NCBI RefSeq assembly: GCF_004010195.1
Contig: NC_057739.1
Coordinates: 1,496,181-1,560,180 of the forward strand
Direction: 5' to 3'
Origin: Chiloscyllium plagiosum
Lineage: Eukaryota
Length of the DNA: 64,000 nt
Shown here: one piece after another, positions 47,991-61,120 of the stretch
Layout: the number at the start of each line of letters is the position of its first letter
Numbering within the stretch: the first letter of the stretch is position 1
Notes under the pieces: model-generated
What the model was told of the DNA's origin: nothing
What the model saw: only the letters and a program-made list of their open reading frames with translations
Database searches by the model: none
Made by a program: the position numbers and the translations under genes

Positions 47991-50900
47991 CCTAACTCCT
48001 GGAACTCCCTTTGCAGGCTGTCATTATTATTAATAAGAACTACAACTTTTGGTTGCCCATACTCTCCCTTCAGAATATTCTGTGCTGCTCAAAGATATCT
48101 TTGGATGGCACCAGAGAGGCAACACACCATCCTGGAGTCTTGCTTTGGCCACAGAATACTTGTGCCCCTGATTACAGTTCCCTAATATAACCAATCCATC
48201 TACACTTCAACTGTTTCTGGTGTACGACAATGCCAGCCATGGTGACACTGATCTGGGGGCTGCTGCTTTCCCTGAGAGGCTATACCCCATGTGTCCACAG
48301 CATACCTGTTTGAAAAGGGAATGGCTATAGGGGCCTACTGCACTGTCTGTCCAGTTACCCAACTCTATTTAGCCCTTACTGGAGGTGTGACCAGCTTGCT
48401 AAAATGTGTTATCCATGACTTAGGCTCATGAATGCTCCACAGAGAGTCCATCCACAGCTCCAGGTACTCCATACAGCAAATCAGGAACCTTCAGGTAAAC
48501 ATACTTCCCACATTTATAATTGTCACCATGGATTAGAGGGATCAGTGGCGAATATGCAATAGCTCATCTTTCAGGGATGTGTGCATAAATTACATCGAAT
48601 GCAAAAACAAAAGAATTGGCTCAATCATGGCTTGCAAAGGACTGCAATAAGCTTCTACATATATCCTTGATTTCTCATGTATTACAGGAGCATTCCACAG
48701 GGCAGAATTCTTCTGCCTTATGACTAAATCAACCTTATTAACTACAGACGACAATCCAGGCACCAATTTTAAAATGTTACCCACCAGTTCCCAAACTCAG
48801 GTTTGGTGATCGAACTCCTGCTCTCTATTCTGAGCAGACTACAACTAAACAAAGTACTTTATCTCTCTCCAGACACCACTCCCTCAGTCTGCAAACCTGG
48901 TTCCTGACCAGCCAAGAGCAGGTCACTTTGGAGTTATGACTTCACCTCTAGTCTGCTGCTGTTCACCCCCAGGTTCACTGTCCTTCAATCCATTGCTGCT
49001 TGGACTGACTCAGACATGGTGGTTTCTTTTAGACCAATGTGTTGAGGAACCAACCAGAGACAGAATATTCTACATGGGTACCGTGGAGTGAGAAAGGCTT
49101 AATTAACAATCTTGAATGGGGCACCTTGGAGAAGAGTCACCATGACACAATTCTTCATTGAATCCAAAACTCGAATCCTGAACCTAAATAAAAGGAACTA
49201 TGAGTGTATGAAGCACAAATTAACACTGATTGATTGGGGAACCTTACGTGAGGGATTGATGGTGGATAGGCAATGGCTTATCTTTGAGGAATGTGTGCAT
49301 AAATTACATCAGACATAAAAAGAAAAAGATAGATGGCTTAACCATGGCTTGCAAAAGACTGCAATAAAAGTTTCTATATATGTGGAAAAAAGATATTAAT
49401 ACAAATGTAGGTATCTTACAGTCAGAAACTTGGGAAATTAGAATGTGGAGTAAAAAGTGGTAGAAGAATTGAACACATTTTACAAATTATGACAAAAATA
49501 ACTTCCCAAATGTTAGGGAACCAAGGTGTAGTGAGCAGGTTTGGAATTGAAGGTAATCCATATAAGTAAGAAAATTATGCTGGGGTTAAAGGCTGATGAC
49601 CTGCATCCCAGAATACACAAGATAGTGTCTTTTTAAAATCTTGGATGCATTGGTGGTCATCCTCCAAAATTCTGTAGGCTCTGGAGCTGTTCATTTGGAT
49701 TGAAGGGTGACAAATGTAACCCCACTATTTAAAAAGGGAGGGAGAGAAAGTAAAACAATTACAAACTAGTTAGTCTAATATCTTAACACTTGTCCCCAAA
49801 TCTGTCAAGATGGCAAGGACACTACCCTTTATCAACTGAGGCATAGATAAGGGGGGTTTATGTTAGAGCTGGACAGAACTGAAGTTCTGGTCACCATATA
49901 TTGGGCAGATGTTACTGCACTGAAGGTGATGCAGAGGAGATTCACCAAGATGTTGCCCCAGATGGAGATTGAGGGGCATATCCACGGTATATAGAAAACA
50001 GCTGGTTCCCTTCATTGAAGGATCAAAAGTCAAAATGTTTAAGGGGCATAATTTTAAGGTGAAGACAGGAGATTTAGAGAGACGACTGGAGGGCTGTCTT
50101 GTTCACCTGGAATGTGGTCGGGATCTGTATGGGAGGGCAGATGAGGCAGGTAACTTCACAGCCATTGGAGTATTTGGGTGAAGACTTGAATTGTCATAAT
50201 ATTCACTAGTGCTGGAAAGTGGGATTAGTGTAAACTTACTGTATTTTTGGCAGCACAGACTCAACTGGCCAAGGGCCTCTTCTTTTAAACTATCATTCTG
50301 TGATCTGTGGTGGGGAAAGTACTGGGATTCTATTTTACAAGTGATAAACCCATGCTTTCCAAATGTTAGGTTATGAAAAACAATTCAATTTAAGTCTTTT
50401 TGAGGGGTGATGCATATATGAAATGAGCTACCAGAGAAAGTAAGAGGTAAGTACAATTACAACATTTGAAAAACATGATACACAAAAGGAAAAGTTTAGA
50501 AGGATATGGGCCATTTCCAGGCAAATGGGATTAGTTCAGCTGAAGAAACCTGGTTGGCATGGATGAGTTGGGCGGATGGGTCTTGTTCCATGCTGTGACT
50601 TTCTGAAAATAACTAGAACAGAGAAGGTAGAACCAGTGGATATGCTGTATTTGGATTTTCAGAAGGCTTTGATAATGTTCTATAATACTGGCTTGTGGGC
50701 AAAGGCATGGGATTGAGTAATATTGGCACGGATTGACAGGAAACAGAATTGGTCAACGGGAAATATAGAAGATGGGAGCAGGAGGGAGCCATTCAGCCAT
50801 TTGAGCCAGCTCCACTATTCACCATGATCATTGCTGATTGTTCAACTTAATAGCCTAATCCTGCTTTCTCATAACCTTTGAATCCATTCACTCCAAGTGC

Positions 50901-53900
50901 TATATCTAGCTGCATCTTGACTATACATGGTATCAACTACTTCCTGTGGTAATGAATTCCATAGGCTCACCACTCTGTGTAAAGAAATGTCTCATCTCCG
51001 GCCTAAATGGTCTATCCTGGTTCTGGATACACCCACCTTTGAGAACATCCTTCCTGAAATCTACCCGATCTAGTCCTGTTACAATTTAAAAAAAAGTCTC
51101 CATGCTATTCCTCCCTCATTTGTCTGAGCTCCAGTGAAAACAATCCTAACCTAGTCAGTCCCATCATCCCTGGAATCAGCTTGGTAAATGTTCACTGCTC
51201 TTGCTCTCAAGGGAGTGCAATATTCTTCAGTAAAGGAAAGCAAAACTGCACACAATATTCTCGGTGTGGCCTCACCAAGGCCCTCTATGACTGAAACACA
51301 TCCCTGCTCTTATATTTGAAACCTCTTGCAATGAAGGCAAACATACCATTTGTCTTCTTTACCACCTGCATGCTTACAGTATGGGAATAAATCAGTCTTT
51401 TTCTGATTGGCAACCAATGACTAGTGTGAAACTACAAGGATCAGTGCTTGGGCCCCAGCTGTACATGGTGCATTAAATGACTTGGAGGGAACCAAATGCA
51501 ATAGTTCCAAGTTTACTGATGACACAAACCAGGAGGAATTGAGAATTAAGGTAAGGAGGCCTCAAGATGGAGAAAAATTGAGTAAACAGACATTTAGCTG
51601 CATTGTACTGCATCTGCTATATGAAGTTATACACTACAGTGAAAAACAAAAAAGAAACATTATTTAAATGGTAATAAATTGGAAAGTGTGGGTATACAAA
51701 GGGATCTGGGTGTACTTGTACACCAGTCAATGAAAGTAGACAGACAGATATAGAAAACAATTAGAATGGCCTTCATAGCAGGAGAAAGAAAGTTCAACGG
51801 TAGGAATGTCTTAATACAGTTACATCAGGCCTACGTGAGATCACAGTTGGAGTATTGCATGCAGTTTTGGTTTCCCCAAGCAAAAAAAGGAGATAGTTGC
51901 GCAGAGGGTGTATAATGGATATTCAATAGGCAGAAATTTGTATGGCAGGATTGTCTAATGAGAAGAGATAGGTTTGACTGGGCCTATATTCACGAGAGTT
52001 TAGAAGGATGAGGGGGAGATCTGATAGAATGTTATACATTTCAAATATGGATGGACAGATTAGATGCTGAAGATATTTTCCTTGGTTGGGGTCTAGGTCC
52101 AGGGGACAATTTCAGGATAAGGGAGACCATTTAGGACTGAGATGAGGAAAAATGTCTTCACTCAAAAAAAACCAATAGTGAACTTGTGGCATTCTCTACC
52201 ACAGAAGCCTGTGGAGGGCAAGCCATTGACTATGTTCAAGAAAGAAATAGATTTGCTTCTAGACTTTAGAGACATCAAGGTGTACAGGGAGGAAGTACAA
52301 ACATCACAGATCATATTGGATGTTGGAGCACACCTGAAGAAGGGCCAAATGGCCTACTCCTAGTTTCTAAGATTGTTGCACTGTCAGAGAAGCAATACAG
52401 AAGGGAGACTGACATACTGAACAATACTGAGTGACTACTGTATTGTCAGAGATCCAGTACCTGCGTGTATGCATTTCTTTACATCTATGTACTTGCGCCC
52501 ATCTCAGAGGGTGCCTGTACCAGAGTTGCACTTTTATCCAGTGTCTGCAATGTGATCTTGACTGAAGTTCTGTCCTTTATTGAAGGATCATTATAGTTCC
52601 AGCAAATGAATACATGATGGTGTTCAGTTTGTCATTTAGAGAAGTTTAACTTGAAGAATTTCATAATGTAAATATGTCTGCGAAGGTGAAGCCAGTGTCT
52701 TAGGTGAGATCAAAGGTGGATTGTATTATTACTAGATGGGTTTGGAGTCAGACCTCCTGGGAGGAGGAAGGGATGATATTTAAAGGATGTAAATAAAGAT
52801 GTCACAAACATGATCATTTCCACTTATTTGCTGCCACTGGAAGTGGAATTACAAACAGAAGGACTGGTAAAGGAAAATGGAAAATAAAGAACGAGCTGCC
52901 TGGGAGGTCAAGGCAGGTTTGATCCCTAATCTGGGTGCATATGCAATTTTCTCTTGTATAGCTGAGCAATACAGAATACAGGAAGTGAATTCAGGCCAGT
53001 TACCCGATATACTGACCTTTGTCTGTACAATCACATCAGCATGAACTGTCGGTACAAATCACCATTTGCACAATTGTCCAAATCATGAATAATTTCACAC
53101 TATAACATCAAAATAATCAATAGCAGACTGTGCAATCCCACCTGAAGTCACTACAAACAGAATATGACCAAAATCACAAGCAAAACAACAGACAAATTGT
53201 CAGTCAATATCTCTGCTGAGACATCACCAGGTCAGATTATGGTATTGAACTGGCCGTCCAGGAAAAAGTTAAATATCAACACAATATTAAAAAGGTGCAG
53301 TCTCACCAATTCCTGTATAAATTGCACCAAGATATATCCTTGTTCCTGTACTCAAATACTCTCACTATGAAGGCCATCATACTGTTTGCATTCTTTACTG
53401 CCTGCTGCAACTGTTTGCACGAGGATATCCAGGTCTCGAACATTCTCTTCATACAATTTACAACCATTGAATTATTATTATTATTATTTTCTTCGTCTTC
53501 CTAGTTTATCCACATTATACTGCATTTGCCAACATACTCAGCCTAAACAAATCACACTGCAACATCACTGCATCCTCCTCACATCCTTCCATCCAACTTT
53601 GCAGATGGTACAAATTGAAATTTACATTTAGTTGCCCAGAAATTACTGCCTGCCATTCAGAAAGAGATCAATTTCAGTCTGTTTCCCACTTAACCAATTT
53701 TCTATCAATTTCAATATGTTACCCTCAATCCCATGCACCTTACACATTAATCTCTTATGTAGGACTAACTACCTACCTGGCAAAGGAGCAGTGCTCCAAA
53801 AGCTCATACTTCCAAAGAAGCCTGTTGTACTACAACCTGGTAGTGTATGAATAAAATTCTTGATAATGGACTCGTGTATTCCCTGTTACCAACATCAGAT

Positions 53901-55030
53901 TCACGTCTAAAATTCCTAATTTTCTCTCTGTAAATAACAGGGTTACATTAACTACCTTCCAATCCATTGAAATTATTCCAGAGTCTAGAGGAGCACCACC
54001 AGGTAGAGGACCACCAATGCATCCATTATTTCTAAAGATCACTTCCTTACATACTTTGAGATGTTGATTATCAAGCTCTGGGATTTTATCAGCTTTCAAT
54101 CTGAATCACTTTCACCAATACAGATTTGTTTCAGTTCCCCCTTCTCACTAAACCAAGTGTCTCACAAGTAACAAAAAAAAATCTCAATCTGAACAGTCAC
54201 TCTCAGGATTCTTCTTGCACAGTATTGAGCTTGGTATTTGTACACAGTGTCTATTAGCTAAACCATTGCTGATACAATCCCTATTGGCCAATAAATATCA
54301 AATCATAAGAAATATGGGCAGGAATGTAGCCCTTGGCCCATTGAACCTGCTGGACCTTTCAATAAAATGTCTTACTTGCTTGTAGCCTCAACTCCACTTT
54401 GCATCTGTCACCTCACACCCCCCCACCCCTTTACTCCCTTGTCAGCCAACCTGTGTCCTCTAGTTCTAAGATTCCCCATAAGAATCATACCCACGACAAT
54501 ACTGTCACAACATTTCAATCTTAGAGGCATCAATAAGATCACCTCATTCTCAAACTCCAACTTGGAGTCAATTTGCTCAATCTAAAAGCAAACCCCTTCC
54601 TCCCAGGAATCAGAAGAGTGAACCTTCACTCATTGCTTCCTATGCAAATGAACCCTCCTTAATAAGGTTAAAACCCTGCACTTTAATATTCAGCCCATCC
54701 ACCCCTGTAATAAAGGCCAACATTCCATGTACCTTCCTACTTTCACACTGTACCTATGTTACCATTGTGATGTAGGACACCCAGACCCCATTGTACAGCA
54801 ACATTCTGCGATCTTTCCCTATTACATATTCTGTGTTCTTATTCTTCCTGCCAAAGTGGACAAGCTTGTTTTCTTACATTATACTCAATTTCTCAACATT
54901 TTGCCCAATTACATAACCAGTCCATATACTTCAACAAAAAAAAACTTTGTATCTTTCTCACAGCTTGCTTTCGGACCTAACTTGGTATTATATGCAAATT
55001 GGGCTACAATTTAGACTGTCCTTTCATCCA
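47990..55030. mobile_element. Patchwork of old CR1 fragments in both orientations, with a non-CR1 island at about 52380-53290
   Basis: CR1 ORF1 remnant SRMVCCLSGA on the minus strand at about 48100-48140. RT remnants include SKFTDDTN (ORF 51482..51667) and MDWKVVNVTLLF (ORF 53830..54099). Confidence 0.7.
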
Positions 55031-55479
55031 AATAATTAATATAGACCATAATTTTCATGTGGAGTAAATTAAAAATCAGCTGAAATCTGACATCTGTAAT
55101 GTTGCGAGCTTCAGAAGGAGGTTAAAATGGATCAGCTGTCCTATACTGCTGGCTGAAGATGGTTCTGCACTGCTGGTTGCTTCAGTCATCTTTTTCATTG
55201 ATGTGCTGGACTCTTCAGTTAAAAATCAAGATCATTCATGTCGAGAGCATGTTGCTAACATTAAGTTCAGTTATTTTAGAGTTCTGAAGGTCACAGGCAC
55301 AATATATTTATGATTTTCTTTTCACAGAAGCTGCCAAACCTGCAGAGTTTCTAAAGCAATTTCAGATCTCCAGCATCTATGTTTTTGTTTTACCCAAGGT
55401 TAAAATATCCAGCAGTTATCGCAGTATCTTTCTTATAATCTTAATACTTTGGACTTCTGTTTTGCCCTACACTATAGAT

Positions 55480-55780
55480 TATTAGATTACTTACAGTGTG
55501 GAAACAGGCCCTTCGGCCCAACAAGTCCACACCGCCCCGCCGAAGCGCAACCACCCATACCCCTTACCTTACCTAAGGCTACGGGCAATTTAGCATGGCC
55601 AATTTACCTGGCCTGCACATCTTTTGGACTGTGGAGGAAACCGGAGCACCCAGAGGAAACCCACGCAGACACGGGGAGAATGTGCAAACTCCACACAGTC
55701 AGTCGCCTGAGGCGGGAATTGAACCCGGGTCTCTGGTGCTGTGAGGCAGCAGTGCTAACCAGTGTGCCACCGTGCCGCCC
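55480..55780 (-). mobile_element. HE1 SINE, near-full length
   Basis: Close reverse-complement match to the 3319-3627 copy. atagat flanks at 55474-55479 and 55785-55790. Confidence 0.9.
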
Positions 55781-56061
55781 ACAAATAGATACTATCAAAA
55801 CCTAACAAACAAACAGACTCAGTAACAGAACCAGCACTGTATCTTCAACCTTCATCATTGGCACAAAGCTCATTGGCATAAGCATTACTGATGGTTTTGA
55901 GTAAAGATTGTGCTATCACACACAAACATAATCAGTTTCAGCACTATCAGGGCAATCTCTGCTGGTTCAACAAACACAACTATACCACCATAAATCACAA
56001 ATAACACTCTTGAAAAATCTCTATGACAATCTCCACAAGTGGATTTGCTGTATGCTAGCAA

Positions 56062-56479
56062 TTTGAGAAGATTTGTAGCTCAGGTCGAGGATCTGGATGT
56101 AGGTTTGCTTGCTGATCTGAAAGGTTCATTTTCAGACGTTTCGTCACCATAATAGGTAACATCAGTGAGCCTCCGGATGAAGTACTGGTGGTATGGCCTA
56201 CTTTCTATATGTTTAGGTTTCCTTGGGTTGGGTGACATAATTTTTTGTCGAGACGACATTTCTGTTTCGTTTTCTCAGGGGGTGGTAAATGGGATCCAAG
56301 TCACCCTGATAAACAGAAAGTGATATGACCAACCCAAGGAAACCTAAACATATAAATAGAAAGCAGGCCACACTATCAGTGCTTCATCTAGAGGCTCACT
56401 AATGATGTTACCTCGTATGGTGACAAAACGTCCGAAAACAAACCTTCCTGCTCAGCGAGCAAACCTACATCTAGATCCT
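56062..56479. mobile_element. Palindromic Penelope-derived element (family B-related)
   Basis: About 150-bp inverted arms (56088-56235 / 56327-56479), each with a decayed hammerhead core. Confidence 0.8.
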
Positions 56480-58735
56480 GCCCTATTTATGACACAAACA
56501 TGCATTCAATCACTTCCAGCATAGTGTCTAACAAACAATGCATCCAGGAATCAACTCAAACTAACCATTTTAGATTAACTATTGAGATGACAGGGTTAAC
56601 TTTAACCTTATAACAAAAGATGCTATAATGAAATGCCATATGTTTGACAGTTGGGATTATTCTGAAACCAGGGTGTTGGTTAACTAAAACCAGCGAGAGG
56701 CAAGTTGAAGGAGGTAGGTAAGTTAGATTAAAACTGACTACAGGGAAACGAGCAGGGGCAATGGAAGCAAATGAATTGCTCTTGCAAAGAACCAGCTCAG
56801 GCTCAACAGAAAGGAAAGGCTCTTTATATTTTGTAATCATTCTGATTTCACAACTTCTTTCAGCACAAAGAACTGCCTAAATGGCACTAACTAGCAATGT
56901 CTGCTTAATCCAAAAAAAATACTACTAGCTTTCCAGGACTAAACACTACTGATCCCATTGGTGTTTGGACCCTGCTCTTCAGCCTGTATCTTAATGCCAC
57001 TAGTGATGCGCTTATTTAAAAGCTGGGTATTGTACTTAAACCGTGAAGTTTGACATTTATTTCTAAGGCCATTGAAAGCTTGCCAAATCACAGGCTCATC
57101 CCCATTGTGACTTAATATCCAGGAAAGGTGCCTCACTTGTTCTTTCACACTGGGTGGTGCTATCTGCACAATAATCAGCAGAGTGTCAGCCACAGCTTCC
57201 TCTCCTGAGGCAATTCATTTCAAACAATTCCACAGCTGAAGAGAGTTTATCATCTCAGACCTGTTACTTTACAGCTGTATAGTCAGAAGTGGTGTGGAAA
57301 AAAATACTTAGACTTCTCAAGCCAGTCCATGGGTTGGATTAAAGTTGGATTTCAGTTTGGAAAGAACAGTGTTTAAAAACAAAGGCGACAGAAATTGTGG
57401 AAGCACTTCCACAGCAACATTGAAAACCTATAGTGAAATGCCCAGTAGTTTGATTATTTAAATAAGCCAGAGTTACATGTATTTATACACAGTCCTGCCT
57501 GACACTGGTGCTGTATTTTATCCAATGCAGTTGAAGCTCAGTCAGCAGACTGCTGTGAACTGACATTGCCTGTTGTCTCATAGATTTGAATGTGAAAACA
57601 AGGACCCTGCTTTGTTAAGTTTTTTTTCTGGCTGTAAGCCTGTTCATCGTGCCACGCTTTTAGCCTCAGAGGAGTTGGATGTGGTATTGCCGGCCCCTCA
57701 TTAGCATAGCAGCTGTCGCCCAGCCCAAAGACGAGAAAGGAAAGGAGGGTAGCAGCCCAGGCAGGACATTCTGATCAGAATGAGCTGACAATGGTAGTTA
57801 CGGCAGGAGTCAGGCAATCAACTAGAGAATGATAGACACCCAGGGAGACGCAACTGAACAGAGGCTCCCTACTCCCTGGGATGGAGAAAGAGAGAGAGAA
57901 TTGCATATCCAGGAAGAAAGATGTGAAGGTTGTCATCATGGGATAGGATGAGTAGAAACAAGATATTTTCTTAGTCAACTTTTAAAAGATATATTCAAAA
58001 CTCAGAAGATGAAACATTAATCCAGGTCTCCTTGCTCAAATATAGGGACACTGCCACTGTGCCTCAAGAGCCCAAAGGAATAATGGGGGTCAAATTTTAG
58101 TCAGCTGACAAGACAACAGCCCAAAGTGGAGCCTTTCACTTTAATCAGACAATAACAATTAAAAAGATACAGACTTACTATAATGTGCAAGTGAGGTGCA
58201 GATATTTAAAATATGCTATTTAAAAAAAAACAGACCACCCAGTGAATTCAGGGCTGCAAGCTGTATCTATCCAGGCAATTCACATCACTTTCAAACAAAA
58301 GTTCTATTTTTAAATTGGGTCTCATTAGACCAAGACCATAGGAATAGTTTTCAACTTTTCAAGTAGAGAGTAACATGGACCTTCAGACAGATCCATAAAC
58401 TCTTCATTTCAATTTGACAGCTTCATCAGCTCTCTCTAAGATCAGGGTTATCAAGAAGCAAGCAGCATGGTTTTTGCAGCAACTGGTCATTTGCAACAAA
58501 GTTTAAGATGTTGACAGTAATAGGGAGAATGGAGATTGATTTGATATTGTAACAAGGACAGTGGAATGACCATCCAATATACCACATATAGGTGACAATA
58601 TTATTACAATGTGCACAAGTCCAATGTGCAATCAGGATCGCAGAGTGCAGACAAAATGGCAGTTCTAGTTTAATAGGAAAGGAAAAGGTTCAGCACTTGA
58701 GGATGGAACAGTCTTGTTGAATATATTGGCTTTAA

Positions 58736-59038
58736 GGGCGGCACGGTGGCTCAGTAGTTAACACTGCTGCCTCACAGCACCAGGGACCCAGATTCAATTC
58801 CAGCCTTGGACAACTGTCTGTGTGGAGTCTGCACATTCTCCCTGTGTCTGCATGGGTTTCCTCCCACAGTCCACAAAGATGTGCAGGATAGGTGAATTGG
58901 CCATGCTAAATTGCCCATCGTGTTAGGTGCATTAGTCAGGGATAAATGTAGGGTCGGGGAATGGGTTACTCTTCGGAGGGTCGGTGTGGACTTGTTCGGT
59001 CAAAGGGCCTGTTTCCATACTGTAGGGAATCTAACCTA
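58736..59038 (+). mobile_element. HE1 SINE
   Basis: gggcggcacggtggctcagtagttaacactgctgcctcacagc head, SINE core and CR1-type tail. Confidence 0.85.
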
Positions 59039-59054
59039 AAGAGGTAAGAATGGT

Positions 59055-59400
59055 AAAATGCTAACATCATTTGGAATAGCACTAGAGGCCCAGGCCAACA
59101 CGACGACAGGGCTTCAAATCCAACCATGGCAACTGGTCGTATTTAAATGTAATATTCAAATTACACTTAAATATGAATTTAAAGGCAGTCTTGTTAACAG
59201 TGACCATGAAAATATTATTGGTTGCCATAAAAAAGCCACCTAGTTCACTAATATCTTTCAGAGAAGGAAATCTGAGGTGCTCAAGATATAGTCTACTTGA
59301 GATTTGACTCGCAAAGTGCCTAACTCACTACTGAATCAGCCCTACAAGCCACAAATTTAAGAGGGGTTAGGGATGGGCAACAAAATCTGGTATGTCTGTG
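59055..59400 (+). mobile_element. Old SINE sharing its 3' tail with the L2-like LINE
   Basis: B-box-like cttcaaatccaaccatggca, then gtgaccatgaaa..aaaagccacctagttcactaatatctttcagagaaggaaatctg, tail ttagggatgggcaacaaa. Confidence 0.55.
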
Positions 59401-60449
59401 AAAGAAAAAAAAAAGAGACAAGTCCTCAAACAAAATTCAGGTTATTAACATTACAAATGGAGGATAATTTGTACATGCACACAAGTAGAGGAGACAGTTG
59501 ACAGTATAGGCTGCAGAAAAGGACAGTGACAGTAGAAAGAAAAGGCAGTGTACATGAGCATTGGTCATAGATACCACTATTGGCAGGTAGCAAAGGCAGG
59601 GTTAGTAGCAGAAGGGAAAGAATAGGTCATGCTACAGAGGATAGGCAGTTCAGAGACAGGAAGCAAGGACAGATAGTGGAAGATAGGGTTCAACCAAAAT
59701 GGCAGAATAGACACGACAGATAGCGTACCCTCAGAAAAGATCAAAAAGCCAGTATTGTTTGGGGGGAGTAATACAGGGAAAAAGAGCAGATGGTGTTGTG
59801 AGGTAAGCAATGCAGACAGGGGAGTTGGGTTACCACACATGACACGGACAATACAGCCACCAGCGTACTCCCCCAGTCAGCGCCGGAAGAAAGAGTAGGT
59901 AGCCTGTGGGACTGAATGAATGTGTGCAGCAGTGTTAGCGCAACCAGAAATAGAGACAGCGGGCAGAAGATAATGTACACGGAGACGATAACGTACATGC
60001 AAGCACGACATTAAAAGGTAGAAGGGCAGTGCAAGGAACCCATGTGTGGAGGGTGCAGAAAGGCAGTTGGAACACCCCAGATAGCGGACAACACTGGCCG
60101 AGGGAGTTGCAGTAGCAGGATGTTATTAGCAGCATGAGGCGAGAGGCTCATACAGGGGCTTTCACATTGGGAGAGAGAGACGTGATATCCGAGCACTAAT
60201 GGCAAACTGTTGGTGCGTGGGTCCCTTTGCACCAGAACCCCAACACCTACCTACCTAACCACCGAGTGCTGGGCTGTGTACCCCATCCCTGACAGACTCC
60301 TGGGGCTGATCTGGAGTGTTACCACCCTCCACCCTCAGACCCTTTGCCTTGAGCTGCTGCCATCTCAGACCCAAGCCCCGCGGTCGGGTTTAAGAGGGGA
60401 AGGGGGAAGAGAATATCCCGGACCGGACACGGTCTGTCTCTTTCACAGA

Positions 60450-60455
60450 TTTATT
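60450..60455 (-). other. Candidate NRARP polyadenylation signal
   Basis: AATAAA on the minus strand (plus tttatt), about 325 nt downstream of the stop codon; the first such hexamer I saw after the CDS. Confidence 0.4.
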
Positions 60456-60778
60456 GTTACATTATTGACATCGACATGAGAACAGCCCGAGAGTCCGCGA
60501 GAGTCCATCCAGGGCCGGAGGGGGGGGGGGGGGCGGGTGCGGTTCCCTCAGCCCGAGCTGAGTGAGTGGAGGGAGAGAGGGCCCTACAGCCGGGGCCTAT
60601 CCCTCCGTCCCCAAGCCCGGCTCCAGTCCCGGCCTCAGTCCGTGTTAACGCTGCCATCCCAGTGAGGTAGATGCGGCGGGGCGACCCCGTGGCTTGCCTG
60701 TGTGTGTGTGTGGGGTGTGGGGTGGGGGGGGCTGGGAAGTGTCCCCCGCTCACCGGGATCCTCTCCCCGGCCCCGGCC

Positions 60779-61120
60779 TCACCGAGCGCCGCTCGCCCCG
60801 TACTTGGCCTTGGTGATGAGGTAGAGGACGATGTCCTGGTGCCCGCCGAACGCGGCGATGTGCAGGGCGCTCCAGCCGTCGCGGTTCGCCAGGCGGATGT
60901 CGGCGCCGAACTTGACGAGCAGCTTGACGAGCTCCAGGTTGCCCGCGATCACCGACTGGTGCAGCGCCGTCTGCCCCTCGGGCCCGAACGAGTTCACATT
61001 GAAAGGGCAGTCCGCCATGTTCTGCAGCAGCGACTGCAGCTCCCGGGTGTTGCCGCGCCTCACCGCCTCCTGGAACATCCGCTGCGGGGCGGCGGCCGGG
61101 GAGAGCTCCGCCTGGCTCAT
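60779..61120 (-). CDS. NRARP: Notch-regulated ankyrin repeat protein (NRARP or NRARP paralog), single coding exon, 113 aa
   Basis: ATG at 61120 (context GGAGCTATG), TGA at 60781-60779. Protein MSQAELSPAAAPQRMFQEAVRRGNTRELQSLLQNMADCPFNVNSFGPEGQTALHQSVIAGNLELVKLLVKFGADIRLANRDGWSALHIAAFGGHQDIVLYLITKAKYGASGAR is nearly identical to vertebrate NRARP over the ankyrin repeats. Confidence 0.93.
   Translation of the reverse strand: MSQAELSPAAAPQRMFQEAVRRGNTRELQSLLQNMADCPFNVNSFGPEGQTALHQSVIAGNLELVKLLVKFGADIRLANRDGWSALHIAAFGGHQDIVLYLITKAKYGASGAR

Noticed and set aside
48530-49385. Two similar approximately 130-bp segments (about 48530-48665 and 49250-49385)
   Set aside because: Both are degraded CR1 linker sequence, best explained by old duplication or a shared subfamily, with no sign of function.
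52440-53090. Donor-like sites on the minus strand (cag|gtact at about 52460; aaag|gtcagt at about 53015) in unique sequence
   Set aside because: The upstream frames I translated show no NOXA1 or EXD3 similarity and contain stops. A non-coding exon cannot be supported from sequence alone.
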